Of a DNA stretch of 64,000 nt, positions 25,063 to 37,358 are shown one piece after another (position 1 is the stretch's first letter; each line of letters opens with the position of its first letter). The notes beneath the pieces are model-generated. The model was not told where the DNA came from. It did no database searches and saw only the letters and a program-made list of their open reading frames with translations. This stretch comes from Oikopleura dioica (taxonomy: Eukaryota; Animalia; Chordata), in the NCBI GenBank assembly GCA_907165135.1, contig OU015569.1, positions 4,960,001 to 5,024,000 of the forward strand, written 5' to 3'. Position numbers and translations under genes: made by a program.

Positions 25063-25745
25063 CTATCTCACAGCTCGCCAACCGCCTTGGTCAATCTTAC
25101 GTCTTTCTTCACTGCGCTTTCGACGATCCCTAATTTCTGAAACACTGGTGAAGTCATCCGATGAAGCCCATTTAGTCTCGACCGAGTCGCGTTCCGGCCA
25201 TCTTTTGTTCTCTTCCTTATTTTCTCCGTTAAAATTTAAATAATAAAAATCAGCAAACCTCCGAGTCACTAGAATATACCCGCCGTCGTTTTCCATATCG
25301 AACTTTTGGAGCCTTATCCGTCTTCGTTGAGCTGCGCGAATCAAGTTTCACCAACCATTTTTCTTCCTGCTTAAAAAAGTCTAAATATCTTTTTAGTCTT
25401 TGATTGTTCGAAACATAAAACACCTTTATTTCGCCGAAGAGATTTTTTTCCTTTCTCGAGCTTCTTGATCAGATAGGCTTTGTGCTCTTCATTTCTATCT
25501 CCATCTTTGCGGTATTTGTCCAGCTTTCTCGAAGTTTCGGAGATCAACCTCTCAGAGTACTCAATCCAAGCTTTGTGTGCTATTCTACGTTTTAAAAACT
25601 TGAAAATGAAATCTATGATTGAAAAGTATAAATTTTCTAAAACAATTCCTTTGAGTTTAAATTCCGCCTCAAGAAGTTTAATGTCGTCTATATCGCGTTT
25701 GTATTTCATGTTCCTGATCCGATCCTCTGGCTTTTCACGGCTCAT
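25063..25745 (-). CDS. Orphan gene triplet, copy B (apparently intact, 4 exons)
   Basis: MSREKPEDRIRNMKYKRDIDD.. AHKAWIEYS.. KLDSRSSTK.. KWASSDDF..GWRAVR*; can be spliced entirely with 43-45 nt GT-AG introns. Confidence 0.75.
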
Positions 25746-26110
25746 TTTTCAAAAAAGGCTTTTTTTGTAAAAAAGCTATATTTATGGCTGTAAGTTTGGC
25801 CGAAGTTTGGACGGCTTTGTACGCCCGAACTCGATTTGATTCAAAATGTTTCCATTCTCGACAAGAGAGAGTCAAGGCCAAACTCACCGATTTTGTCACG
25901 ACGAAGTAATCTTTTTGAGCTGAAAATAACTTAACCATGATAAAAACAGCATTTAGTGCAGTTGCAAGAAAGAAAGTAAATTTAAAATAAAATAACGAAG
26001 TCTGCTGCGGGCGGTTTTATATAAAGAATAACAACCAATTATTATTTTTTCCCTTTTATTTTCAGTTTTCTATTATCTTGAACAGATTACAGACTATTTC
26101 ATTTATTTAA

Positions 26111-26840
26111 CTATCTTGTAGGTCGCCAGCCGCTTCGGTCAACCTTTCGGCGCTCTTCGTAGGTCTTTCGACGGTTTGGCATTGTACCTTTATTGAAAAA
26201 TTCTGAAACACTGATGAAGTCATCCGATGAAGCCCATTTGCTCTCGACAGATCTGCGTCCCTTCCATTTGTTTCTCCATTCCTTATTTTTCCGCAATTAA
26301 AACTCTACAATTCAAACAATGTCACCTCTTCCGAGTCACTTGAATCTTCCCGTCGCCGTTTTCCAGGCCATTTTCCTCTTGTCACTTTGCTTGTTCTCGT
26401 CGAACTGCGTGAATCAAGTTTCGCAAGCTTCTTTTCTTCCATGTCATGTTTTGCTATAAATAATTTTCGGAGAAAACCAGAAGGATTTACCTTGATTTGA
26501 AATCAATGATTTCGTACAAGCGATTTTTCCCTTCCTCGTATTTGGCCTGCAGGTAGTCCTTGTGTTCCCTATTCTTGTTTCCATCCTCACGTTATTCATT
26601 CAGCTTTTTACAGCTGATGTCAATCATCTTCTGAGAAAACTCTATCCACGCTTTATGTGCTGTAATAATTGTTAAACAAAATTAAGTTTAAAATTAAAAT
26701 TTAATTATAATTATTTATTATAAATATCATTTTGGAACAATTTCTTTCAGCTTATACTCGCACTCCGCTAGTTGCATGTCGTCAATGTCGCGCTTGAATT
26801 TCATGTTCCTGATCCGATCGTCTGGATTTTCTCGACTCAT
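26111..26840 (-). pseudogene. Orphan gene triplet, copy A with a premature stop
   Basis: In-frame TAA at 26592-26594 where copy B has TAC; intron 2 phase also mismatched. Confidence 0.65.
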
Positions 26841-28261
26841 TTTTTTCGGATAGAGAGCTCTTTTATTCGTTATAAAGATTAATTTTGAGCTGCGGTCGTT
26901 TCTAGAATGCAGTTGTGACGAAAAAAACTATTCTCAAAAGAAAAAATATCTCGAGGATTCACAAAGATTGACGATATTGCTGTGATTTCTGGACTTGGCA
27001 TGAGAAATATTTGTCATCGTCGAGTTATCGGAACATTCCTATCACACAATGCGGATGAGTTGATTTTGAAAACAGCTTGATTACATGATTTTTATAAAAT
27101 AAAACTGCTTTTAGTGCAGTTGCAAGGAAGTAAGTAAATCGTCAGATGAAAGAAGACGCCTCAAGTGTGTGTAAACGCTTGTCAAGTGGCACCGGCTGAA
27201 GAAAAGGTTGAAAGTAGTTGACACGGTTTGCTACTCGTCGTAAGTATCGCCAAGATGGATGAAAAAGTGACACAACTCGCGCTCTTCAAATTCTCACGCC
27301 TTCATGATATCTTCTTTCTTTACACAAGAATTGAAAAATACAAAATCATCTAATAAACAATTTTTGAATCTACTGAAAGTCTGTAGTAATTAGTGCCCTT
27401 TTTTTCGGGCATGAAAGTCTATAGTGGGGAGCTGGAAGTTGTGTAGTCCAAATTGCCCTGATTCTAGTGTGATCTCAGAGGTTGAGAGCGTTAGTGTCAG
27501 AAAAGTTCAGGCTTTTGAAGGGGTGAAAATTCTCGTAAAACGTATGTTGAGTTAAAAGTGATTTAATAGAACTGTTAAAGCATCCGCTGCGGTGTTGGAC
27601 TTTGACTCGCTTCAAAGGTGTTTTCACCTAGGTTTGGATTGCCCTGCTTCATAAAAGGGAGCTGGAAGAGGCGAGACTTTCCATATTTTTTTCGAAGGAG
27701 AGAAGGAAGAGCTTTAGCGGAATAGAAACCAAACTGGCAAGGTAAGAAATGACCTGCTAGAAGAGATAAGTCTTTTTTATTCTGACTGAGTTGTGAGTTT
27801 TGAGTTTTTCGGCACAAAGCAATTAACAGTTCATTTTTATTTGACGAGAGAGATGCAGAAGCATGAATGGGGAGATTAGGGGAAACTGAACTTATTGGAA
27901 GTAAGTCCAAACATTCCACCTGTCATCGCCATTTACATTCTTACAAAGGCCAATAGTTTTTAGGCATGGTTAGGGGATGTGTCTTAAGCTTTTCTCTTAA
28001 CTGGATACTTATTCTTTTCCGCCTCTCTTTTATAAATATACGCTTAAACCAAGCCGGAACGAAAATAAATAACTTCCGTGATGTTTTTCTCTAAAAGAAG
28101 AAAATAATCTGACGCGGTTTCCTGGCATTTCCAAAATAATCACGGCGGAAATCAGGTACCATTGTAAAAACGGCCCAGATGATTCGATGATTTACGAGTT
28201 CAGCATTAGAGAGCAGTTTTAGTGATATTTATGCCAATTTCTTGCCTTTTTGATTCTAGCG

Positions 28262-30879
28262 ATGTCGGTGTCAATGTTTGCCAGCTCTGCGCTCGGCAGC
28301 ATTTCAAGCGAGCTCAAGGGAAATAAAAAAGAAACCGTCAAATCCGTCTTCTCAGGTAAAAAGAGATACTATCGTCGAATGCATTATTTGCATCAATATT
28401 AATATTGACTAGGTGACACAATTTTATCCGCCATGATCGCAGCTGCACCGTCGGGAATGCTGATGGTGATGCTCTTCTTCACTCCTCACTTGTACGGCGA
28501 AAACGGAATTGATTCGGCTTGAAAACATGATTTTTTCCTAAAGATTATTCGCGTGGAGGCAAGTTTAGATTTTTAATCCGAGGCTTGAGCATGCTCTTCG
28601 CGAACACATGCGACGCTGCACATGAACCAGTCGGAAACATGCGCCACCGTCGGCTGCAAACTCGGCGAGGATTACAGACTCGCCGATTATTACTACATCA
28701 AATCGTTTTGCTTTGGCTCCATGACAGGTTCGATCGTCCGTGCTTTCTCAACTTTACTGTTTTCCAGATTACGTGGTTGACCCTCGCACTGGGCGAATAG
28801 ACGAAGATACTTACTATCCCCTCTATCGCTACAAACTCTACCCTTACGTACTTTTCGCTTGCTCTTGTCTCGGTTCTTGCGCCACTATGCTTTGGACGAT
28901 CTCCTCTTCCAAAATCTCAATGCATCTGGAATACGTCATTGATGGCATCGAGGAAGCTGTAGGCGAGCTCATGCAAGGAAATGTTCTCAAGTCTTGTTAC
29001 TTTTTGAGAAGTGGGTCATTTTGGAAACAATTTTAAGGCATTCAAATGACTAAAAAATTCAAAGAAGCAACTGGCCCATGCGCGGACGACAAAGAAACTC
29101 AAACAGACGATGGCAAAGACGAGAAAGGTAGAAACTCAACTGAAAAAAGTTGAATTTGTTTCAAGAAAAAGCTGAGAAGATAACTGCTGAGGTTGAGAAG
29201 ACGAAGAGTAGTATACAAAATGGACCTGTCTTTATCAGGGTTCGAAATCACCTTAAAATCACCTAAAAGTGATGATTTTTCCGGTACAAATCGTGCTCTC
29301 ACCTCCGTTCCAATGTGACAAGTCCTTCAATAACCTCTTCAAAAGTCATATAAATTGTTATTCTTTTACTTTCTTAAAAAATTATTACGGTGAGAAAGTT
29401 ATTTCGAATTTCAAAAATATCACTTTTAGGTGATTTTAAGGTGATTTCGAACCCTGGTCTTTATAAATTCAAAAGGCGAAAAGGTAAACTTCTCATCGGA
29501 CAATTCGATTCATTGATTGACTATTCTAGGGCTATATGAAGATCGAGACAGAAGATGACGAAGAAGGTCTTCTGGAGGAGATCAAGAAGATCTGGGAGAG
29601 TGATGAAAGCTACGAGAAATTTCACGAGCTCAAGAAAGTACTTTTGGAAACTCATGCGAACCGAGACGACCTAGGGACCGGTCTACAATTATCAATTCTG
29701 CTGATGAGCATTATTGAAAGGAATTTTTGTCTCGGGAGATTAAATTAATTGTGTTAAGTATCTTATGTGAAAATTCGACGAACCGTAAAATAGCCGTTAA
29801 CTAGTAAAAGAAAGCTATTTATGTGGGTTAGATCCGGTCTAAGTCAAGACTGTAATCTTCAACAGGATAATGACCTTGCTAATCTGCGCGTTAAGCGCTC
29901 TCATCATCTTTTACCTCTACGTTTGGGACGTCAAGTCAATCGACAATCGTGACCTTAGGTAATGCTAAATGCCAGCTGAAACTCTTCCTTGATTCCAATT
30001 TCGCGAACTCCACAAAACTCCTCTTTGTAGTCAATTCATCACGGCTCTTTTAATAATTGAGACTTGTTGATCGCTTTGACTCAGAGGCTATAGCGAGATT
30101 TATGCGTTGACAAAGCTGCAAAGTTAACCAAAGATCAGTTTTAGTCAGTTTCTTAAGATTTATTGAGCTGCTGGTTGATTTATGCTTATTGGAATTCAAC
30201 GCGTTATCGACTCGTTATTTTCTGATAAGACTGTAATTGAAAATCTTTTAGTTACGAGTGGAATTGTCGGCTTCCTCCAGCATATCATTTTACTGATGCT
30301 GATGGACATGTCTGGTGAGCGAATAGAATCCAAGCACGATTTTTTCATGTTCAGGGAAACAACGTACTGTATCTACACAAGTCGTGCCAGTCGAGAAGTG
30401 CTGACAATCATTCTCTTCACTCTTTACATTATTCTTTTCATCGGAGAAGTCTGCTGGTGCCTATCGAATATCAGGACGTGGAAACAGTGTTTTGGTCTAG
30501 TTGAGTTCTTGCCCTTTGAATCTGACTTCGGGTAAGAGTTTTTTTGGATGCATGAATGAGCAAGATCATTTAGAAAATCACTGCCATCAGATCATTTCCG
30601 TTACGGAGTGTCTGATCTGCACTTGCTGATGTCTTTAGTCCAGGCGAATGAAGCAAGCCGGGATGTAAGTATTAATCCAATTGACAGTTTGTTCTGACGC
30701 CTTTTCAGAAAATCATGCTGCCAATGAAAGTGATGAGCATCCTGCCTCCACAGCTGCAAGGCAAGGCGAAGGCTGAAACATTCTTGTCGATCTTCTTGGA
30801 GACGCTCGTCTGGTCGGCAACGGACGAGGGAGTCGACGATCTCGTCAAAAACATGGTAAAGGAAGGCGAAAAAAAGTGA
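28262..30879 (+). CDS. Pannexin/innexin-family four-TM channel
   Basis: N-terminus MSVSMFASSAL; TM1 DTILSAMIAAAPSGMLMVMLFF; EL1 C-x17-C (GCKL..IKSFCF); TM2 YKLYPYVLF..MLW; TM3 ERIMTLLI; EL2 YEWNC-x20-CIY; TM4; C-terminal SDLHLLMSLVQAN. This matches the pannexin pattern. Confidence 0.82.
29236..29456. mobile_element. hAT-type MITE (221 bp) in a pannexin intron
   Basis: ~39-bp TIR cagggttcgaaatcaccttaaaatcacctaaaagtgat with a perfect 8-bp TSD gtctttat on both sides. Confidence 0.93.
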
Positions 30880-32086
30880 ACTTTTCTCGCTCCGTTTTTA
30901 ATGTGCCCTGTGATGACTGTAAATTTCCACGCGTCCGAAATGATCATTTTGCTTGTATTCACATAATAAACTGTAAAAAAAGAATGTCTTTCTTGTTTTC
31001 CGCATGGCTAAAAATACGAGCAGTTTGCAGCTGAGCATGCAGTTTTCTTGTTTGACTTGTTCTTTGCAATCAAGGAAGAGTCGCGAAGAAAAAAATTAAT
31101 CATTGCTTAGTTTTTCCTTTAGTGTAAAAACTACTCAGGCACTGGGTTACTGATGAAGCTCTAGAAACGCATGAGCGGCTTAAAAGATCATCAATGACTC
31201 CAGAGAAAAAGACAGCGCGCCGAAAGCAGCAGCTGCGTCTAGTGACACGGCAGCGAAGCCAAAACCGCCGCCCGCGAAGGCGGAAGTCGCACAGGATAGC
31301 GCCGCTTGTCAGAAATGGCTCAACATCCGCGAATTCCGGATTCCTCGAGTTTTGTGGGGATAGCGCTTTATTTTCATAGAACTTTGAAAATAAAATTACT
31401 TGAAAACTCATTGACCAAAGACAACTTCTGATGAGCCAGGTTTAGACCGGGAAGGTAGGGTCCAGACGAGCGTCCATGCAACTCCAGAGACAAGTGCCCC
31501 TCTCGAGGCTTCAAAGACAGCAGACCAAAGAGCAGGCGGCGAGGGAGGAGAAAGAAGCGAAAGAAGAGTAACACTCACATTCTTGCAACAAATTTAAGTA
31601 ACATGTTTATTGTTTAAGCGAGTTCGCGAAGGAATTCAAAGCCACAGAAGCGAAGACACAGCAAGCGATCAATCAAAGCGTAAATAGCCAGCCAGGCCCG
31701 TAATGTAACGCCGCGCTAGGAAAAATCTAATTTATCTGATGCCAGAATCCCTCTCGCTCCTTTCACTGCTTCAATAAATCAAACTGATTTCATTTTTTTT
31801 CACGGAAATTCAAACAGATCTTTCTTGCTTGAAATTTATCTCAAAACGGAATTTTTCTTGTTATTATGATTCTCAATTAGAAATTCAAAGCGACGGTCGC
31901 TAAATAAAGATTCGAAATAAAAGTTCTTATCAATGAGAAAGTTGTAATTTCGGGACAGAATAGGATTCACTGAAAAGTCTGGTTCATAAGATCTCAGTAT
32001 TATTGACTGATGAGATTTGGTAAATCCACTCTGCTCGTGTCTTTGGCCGATTTACACCTTCATCGGAGTACAATGGATATGTAAAT

Positions 32087-32679
32087 GACGCGCTTTTTTT
32101 AAGGTTGTGGAGGTTTTATATCCCACTTGCGCCTTATAAACCCTTGAACATTATACCTTTTTGGAATCAGGAGGAAATTTTAAGAACTTTGACCGTTTTA
32201 GTTTCGAAAATTTCCACTTCCGGTCCGATTCTAGAGTCGGAAGTTGCCGAAATTTTCGAGTTTGGGCAACTTGTGACCTATCAAATTGATGCTCAGAAGA
32301 TTTCGAGTCATCTCATCTAAAAATCATTAAAAAAAACCATCCCAACCGCGGTCAAACCGACCGGCAAAACTTGTAAAAAAGGCATAAATTTGTGATTTTT
32401 CATTCAGTTTTTAGCGGTTGATTTGACTGCTGTCGGCATTTATTCTTCTCTCAGATGATAGGAAATCTTCCGAGCATCAATTTGATAGGTCACAAGTTGC
32501 CCAAACTCGAAAATTTCGGCAACTTCCGACTCTAGAATCGGACCGGAAGTGGAAATTTTGGAAACTAAAACGGTCAAAGTTCTTAAAATTTCCTCCTGAT
32601 TCCAAAAAGGTATAATGTTCAAGGGTTTATAAGGCGCAAGTGGGCTAGAAAACCTCCACAACCTTAAAAAAAGCGCGTC
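32087..32679. mobile_element. Foldback/MITE element with ~220-bp near-perfect inverted arms
   Basis: 32087-~32306 is the reverse complement of ~32461-32679; flanked by aat/aat (possible 3-bp TSD). Confidence 0.9.
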
Positions 32680-33280
32680 AATGCTATGTGGCTAAAAATC
32701 AGCTTAGCGTCAAGACGATTTGGCGGGGTTAAAAATTCTTCTGACTCGGATATGGCGAACTTCATACTTGAAAGCAATCAATTACAAATTTATGAATGGC
32801 GCTGGAAAAACTCAGAGGCAGGCAATTAGGCGGTTTAAATAATTTGCGTTCCTGCCGCAACTGGACAGCTTTCACACTTTGACCCGGCAATTTCCGTAAA
32901 ATTCGCGATCGTCTGAGACAAGTTTACTCGCAACACCTGGTGCTTAGCGCCAATTTATGCCACCAACTTGGCGCTTCTATCACTCACCCTTGTCAGCCAA
33001 TATAACTCAACTTCGCGATTTTTACACGACTACAACACTTGTTCTTCATTTTCCTCAGAGACAAGGGGACTCACTTGGCTTAACTCTCCTAAGACTTTAA
33101 TTATTGTTAAAAGCCAACAAGTGCTCGAACTTCTCAGTGAACCAAACAAAGATAATAAAATTTTCAGAACAAATAGTTCCAGTAAAAAACTAGCTTGTTG
33201 CAGTTTTTCTATTTTGAAATGCTCTTAAAAATATTAAAATTAATAATTTTCGAGTGACCAAAATTTCGGTCAAATTTAAG

Positions 33281-33320
33281 ACCAATCAGATGACCGCATT
33301 CGGTGGATGGACCAATCAGA
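33281..33320. promoter_or_regulatory. Paired CCAAT boxes 30 bp apart (NF-Y type)
   Basis: accaatcaga at 33281 and at 33311. Confidence 0.4.
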
Positions 33321-33794
33321 TTTCTAAAAAATGCCGCAAAAATTGGAGTTCTTTGTTCAATTTTATTTTTGTCGATTCGAGCTATCACCCCTGAAATATC
33401 CCTAAAATGACCCGGTTTTTTGAAAAGAAAAGAAGCAAGTCATGCTGAAAAATAATTGATATGGGCGGCTTATTAAATTTCACAATCAGTTAACTTGGCG
33501 TTGCAAAAACTCCCTTGGGGGAAATAAGTATCCGGAAACGAGATCCCTAAATCCAAAGAGTTTTGTGGCAAGAAGCGCCTTTCGTTGTTGAAACCGAACC
33601 GCGTTTTTTCACGACGAGCGCGCTAGAGCTCCTAAAAACTGAAAAAGGGGCATCTTGAGCGACCTCGGTTTTCTGACGCTGGTCCTCTTCCTGACGTAGT
33701 TTCTGACTCCGTCGAAGCAAGAAAGGGAGTGAAAGAAAACGGAAACGGAATAGCGGAGAGAGTGAAAGAGAAAGCCACTTGACGAAAAAGAGAA

Positions 33795-34509
33795 ATGAAA
33801 AGATGGGTGCTCCTGTGCTTGCTGCTGCGAGTAAGGGCGTACCAGTTGCCGGAGGAATGCGCGAGCACCGACAGCCCTTCTTGGCGAGAGAAACTCTTCC
33901 ACTACGTCCGCGATCTTGACAAGCAGCAAAAGCAAAAGCCAGGCTATGCAGCAAGAATAAATGCAAACGACCCATGCCTACCCGCCATGGAGCGTCTTAT
34001 CTGCGAAAGGAAAGGCTGCGAAACCATTTTAAAACTTCCGAAGGGGTTAAAGAGCATCTTAAGGTTACCTGGTGCGTTTCATTGACTTATAAAAGTAGAA
34101 ACTCCGCTGCTAGAAATTCCGAATAATATTTTTGGAATACAAAAAAGCCCCTTTATATAAAAAAAAATGAGTTGAAACGTTCCAATTTGGAATGCTCATG
34201 TTTATTTTGAACGGACCTGTTGGTAGCTGTGTTTTCCAAAGCAATTCTTTCTTGTTAAAAAAACTTTTTTTTTTGGTTATTTCGGCAGGTGGATTAGCGA
34301 GCGGCTCAGACACCTTCCTCCTGGCGCGTGCCCAAAGCAACTCTGGAATGGACAATTGGCGGCGCCACGTTTGAAATTTTTCGAATGGCGAATTCTTGAA
34401 TTCTTCTTGAATACTTTTTCATCAGTCTATATTTGGATATAAGGGACTATCAAAGCGGCTCAAAGAGCATTTCCGATTGTCGGATCGGGTCGCCACTGTT
34501 GGGGATTAA
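33795..34509 (+). CDS. Signal-peptide-bearing protein, either a small stand-alone gene or the 5' exons of the gene at 37821
   Basis: MKRWVLLCLLLRVRAYQLPEEC... followed by exon WISERLRHLPPGACPKQLWNG; downstream junctions ambiguous. Confidence 0.55.
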
Positions 34510-35352
34510 GCACAGGCAGCTCGCCAGAAATCTAGACCACGAAAATTCGCAATAATACTTTGTTCGTTATAAAATCTGTGAGATACCAAATGTAACGCCT
34601 GAACGCAGACAATTAAAATATATTAAATATGCGCTCAAGCGTAACGTACTAAATTCTGTGATGTCAAATTTTAAATTCTTTTTTTAGGAATTTTTTCATT
34701 TCTTGATTTTTGACATTTCATCATTTGGCCACCCTTGACCATTAGTAAAATCGACTTGGGCCGTAAAAAACAGTGGATTTGTTAATTCGGCTTCAGATCT
34801 TTAATCACGCGCTAAAATGGTCGATCAGCGTTATTGTTAACTAGGAGGAGCTTTGTGTCTTGTTTCGCAGCTTCTGAAAAGCGGCAACTTCCAGCGCAAA
34901 TGTAAAGTGACGCTGTTTTCGCATGCCTTCTACCGCGGCTCTCTTCAAGCCAACACGCTCAAGCCAAGAAAGGAGTCACCACTTTCAAAAATCGAAACAG
35001 CGAAAACCACAGCTATAAATCTTTTTTACTAAAGTGGGTAAATTATACGAATTTCGATCTTATTTTATTATTGTTCATTTTCTCATTAGCCGTAATAGAA
35101 TAAGCGATTAGATAAAAAATAATCATTCTCACTGCTAATTTCCTTCAAAAATCAATCCTTAGACTATCCAAAAACTTATATTTTTTAATTTAATAGAGGA
35201 AAAAAGTGACTCCTAAAAGCGCATATCGACCGCAAGGTCAGCTCTGTACGCTAGAATTCAACATCAAGAAAGGGCTACATTCAAAATTCAATCCCAAATT
35301 CAAACCAAGGAGTTATTTTCTTCCTTGATTTCTTAAAACCAGGTTTTAACCT

Positions 35353-35996
35353 GATGATTTCAAAAAACTTTTTGTGGGGCCGGAAATCGTAAAAAAACTG
35401 CAAGTGCAGTTTTCTTCAGCTCCTCGAGACGAGCTGAATGATGGGTCCTACTCTTGATAACTCTAAGGATTTACCGGTTTACCGGCTGGTTACTGGAAAA
35501 TACGTTGTCACCGGCCGTTTTTGTTCTAGAAGTGGTAAACAGATGCTCGACCCAGGAAACTGTTCCTTATAGTCAGTTCTATTGCAGGCTAAAAGATGAA
35601 AGTCGTATCATTACTCCGAAGAGATTTATCACTAAAAACAGTAAATTTTGCATGAATTTCGTTGTCGCTGCACGTTCCTGATTTTTTGTCCCATTTCCGC
35701 CAAAAATAGTATTTTAGTGATAACTCTCTTCAGAGACTTGATGAAACCTTCATCTTCAAGCCTGCAAGAGAACTGACTATAAGGAACAGTTTCCTGGGTC
35801 GAACATCTGTTTACCACTTCTAGAACAAAAACGGCCGGTGACAACGTATTTTCCAGTAACCAGCCGGTAAACCGGTAAATCCTTAGAGTTATCAAGAGTA
35901 GGACCCATCATTCAGCTCGTCTCGAGGAGCTGAAGAAAACTGCACTTGCAGTTTTTTTACGATTTCCGGCCCCACAAAAAGTTTTTTGAAATCATC
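35353..35996. mobile_element. Foldback/MITE element with ~285-bp inverted arms
   Basis: gatgatttcaaaaaac...gttttttgaaatcatc with a ~70-bp spacer; flanked by cct/cct (possible 3-bp TSD). Confidence 0.92.
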
Positions 35997-37185
35997 CCTT
36001 CTTTACCAAAAGAATGGAGTAGACGTGACTAGGGGTTAATTGAGGCTGACGTGTGCTGCAGGCCGAGTTTTACCTTGGCTCTCTGACTTGGCAATTGGTG
36101 TAATTACTGTTGAACTTATAAATCTTAACTAATTGCGTGTTGATCTGGGAAGGCGGCGCGAGAAAATAATTTAACAGCAGTCAGCTTTTGCCGCTATTGC
36201 TGCCAAATCGGATATTTTTGCACTTAATTAATAGTTGCAAACATTTACATCAGAGTGAACTTGAAACGGTTACTTCGGGCTCACGAGAGTACAAATTCGC
36301 AAACGAAAGTTAGATGGACTAACTCGGCGACCGATTTGGAGTCTTTAACATTATTAATCCTCTATACCCTTGCATTTAAATTCAAAAATACCAAAAATGA
36401 CGTCTAGCTGAAACAGATAAAACGAGCAGAAACAGTGCCGAAAAGGTCAGTCCCAGAGAGGTCATTATCATCAATAAATAACGACTTCAAAAGCGCACTG
36501 CCAACGTTGGATAAATCAGCGACCAAAATCACTTCATCATTTCCAATTCAGCGTATCAAATAATTTATAGCGACGAAAACCTTATTTCAGAGTTTACATA
36601 GTGACACTTTCATTTTATTTTCCTCATCAGACAATTTTCTGTTAATTTGGGGACTTCATATTTTGCCCGTTAAAGTGAGTACTCCCTACTTTATTTTCCT
36701 TGTTCGTAACCTAAAAATCAAATTATATTTTTTAACTCTGGAAAACCAAGAAAATGATCAATTACTAATCGTTGGCAAGTGCAAGTGAAACTTGATCCAT
36801 CTTTTTTGGCTCCTTCCGATTTTCGTGGTAAGTGTCCGGTGCGGGTGAAAAAAGACGATGCTGTGCCAAGTTCTTTGATGTTTTATTTTTAAAGGGCTCA
36901 ATTAAGCCTATTAAAAGTACTTCACGCAAGAGATACATGCCATAAAATCAATCCTTGTCAGCATCAATTATCGGCGAGCTCATTTGATTTTTTAAATTTG
37001 TCATTTTTACGTTTGTTTCAAGTTGAAAGTGCTAGAATAATTGACAGCAAAAGAACGCGATGTCAGGAAACATTTCTTCCCGAAATGGATTAATTGTTCC
37101 GCCTTCTTTTCCTCCAGCCACTATTTTTAAAACTAATTAGTACGGTCGAAAAGCCATAGATCGGAGAGTACGGGGAGAATCAAAC

Positions 37186-37358
37186 CTAGTCTCGGCAAGC
37201 TTTGTAGAAAACCTGAGTCAGGCTCTGAAGAGCTTCAATGCAAAGCCGCGTAGCCGTATTGGAAGCCGGAGTAACCATTTCAATCTATTATTAAATACTC
37301 GTTTATTGAAGCCCTTCAGAATCTGACTCAAGTTTTCTACAGAGGTCGCCGAGTCCGG
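37186..37358. mobile_element. MITE family 1, complete copy
   Basis: TIR pair with degenerate 8-bp TSD aatcaaac / gatgaaac. Confidence 0.85.

Noticed and set aside
27575-27919. 114-aa minus-strand ORF as a retrotransposon fragment
   Set aside because: No RT, gag or endonuclease motif is recognisable.
28978-29037. GA-AG intron in pannexin (also candidates at 34010 and ~38236)
   Set aside because: In-phase canonical GT donors exist nearby, so a non-canonical call is not forced.
32105-35895. Near-identical ORF pairs on opposite strands (32105/32440 and 35454/35632)
   Set aside because: They are artefacts of the foldback inverted repeats, not duplicated genes.
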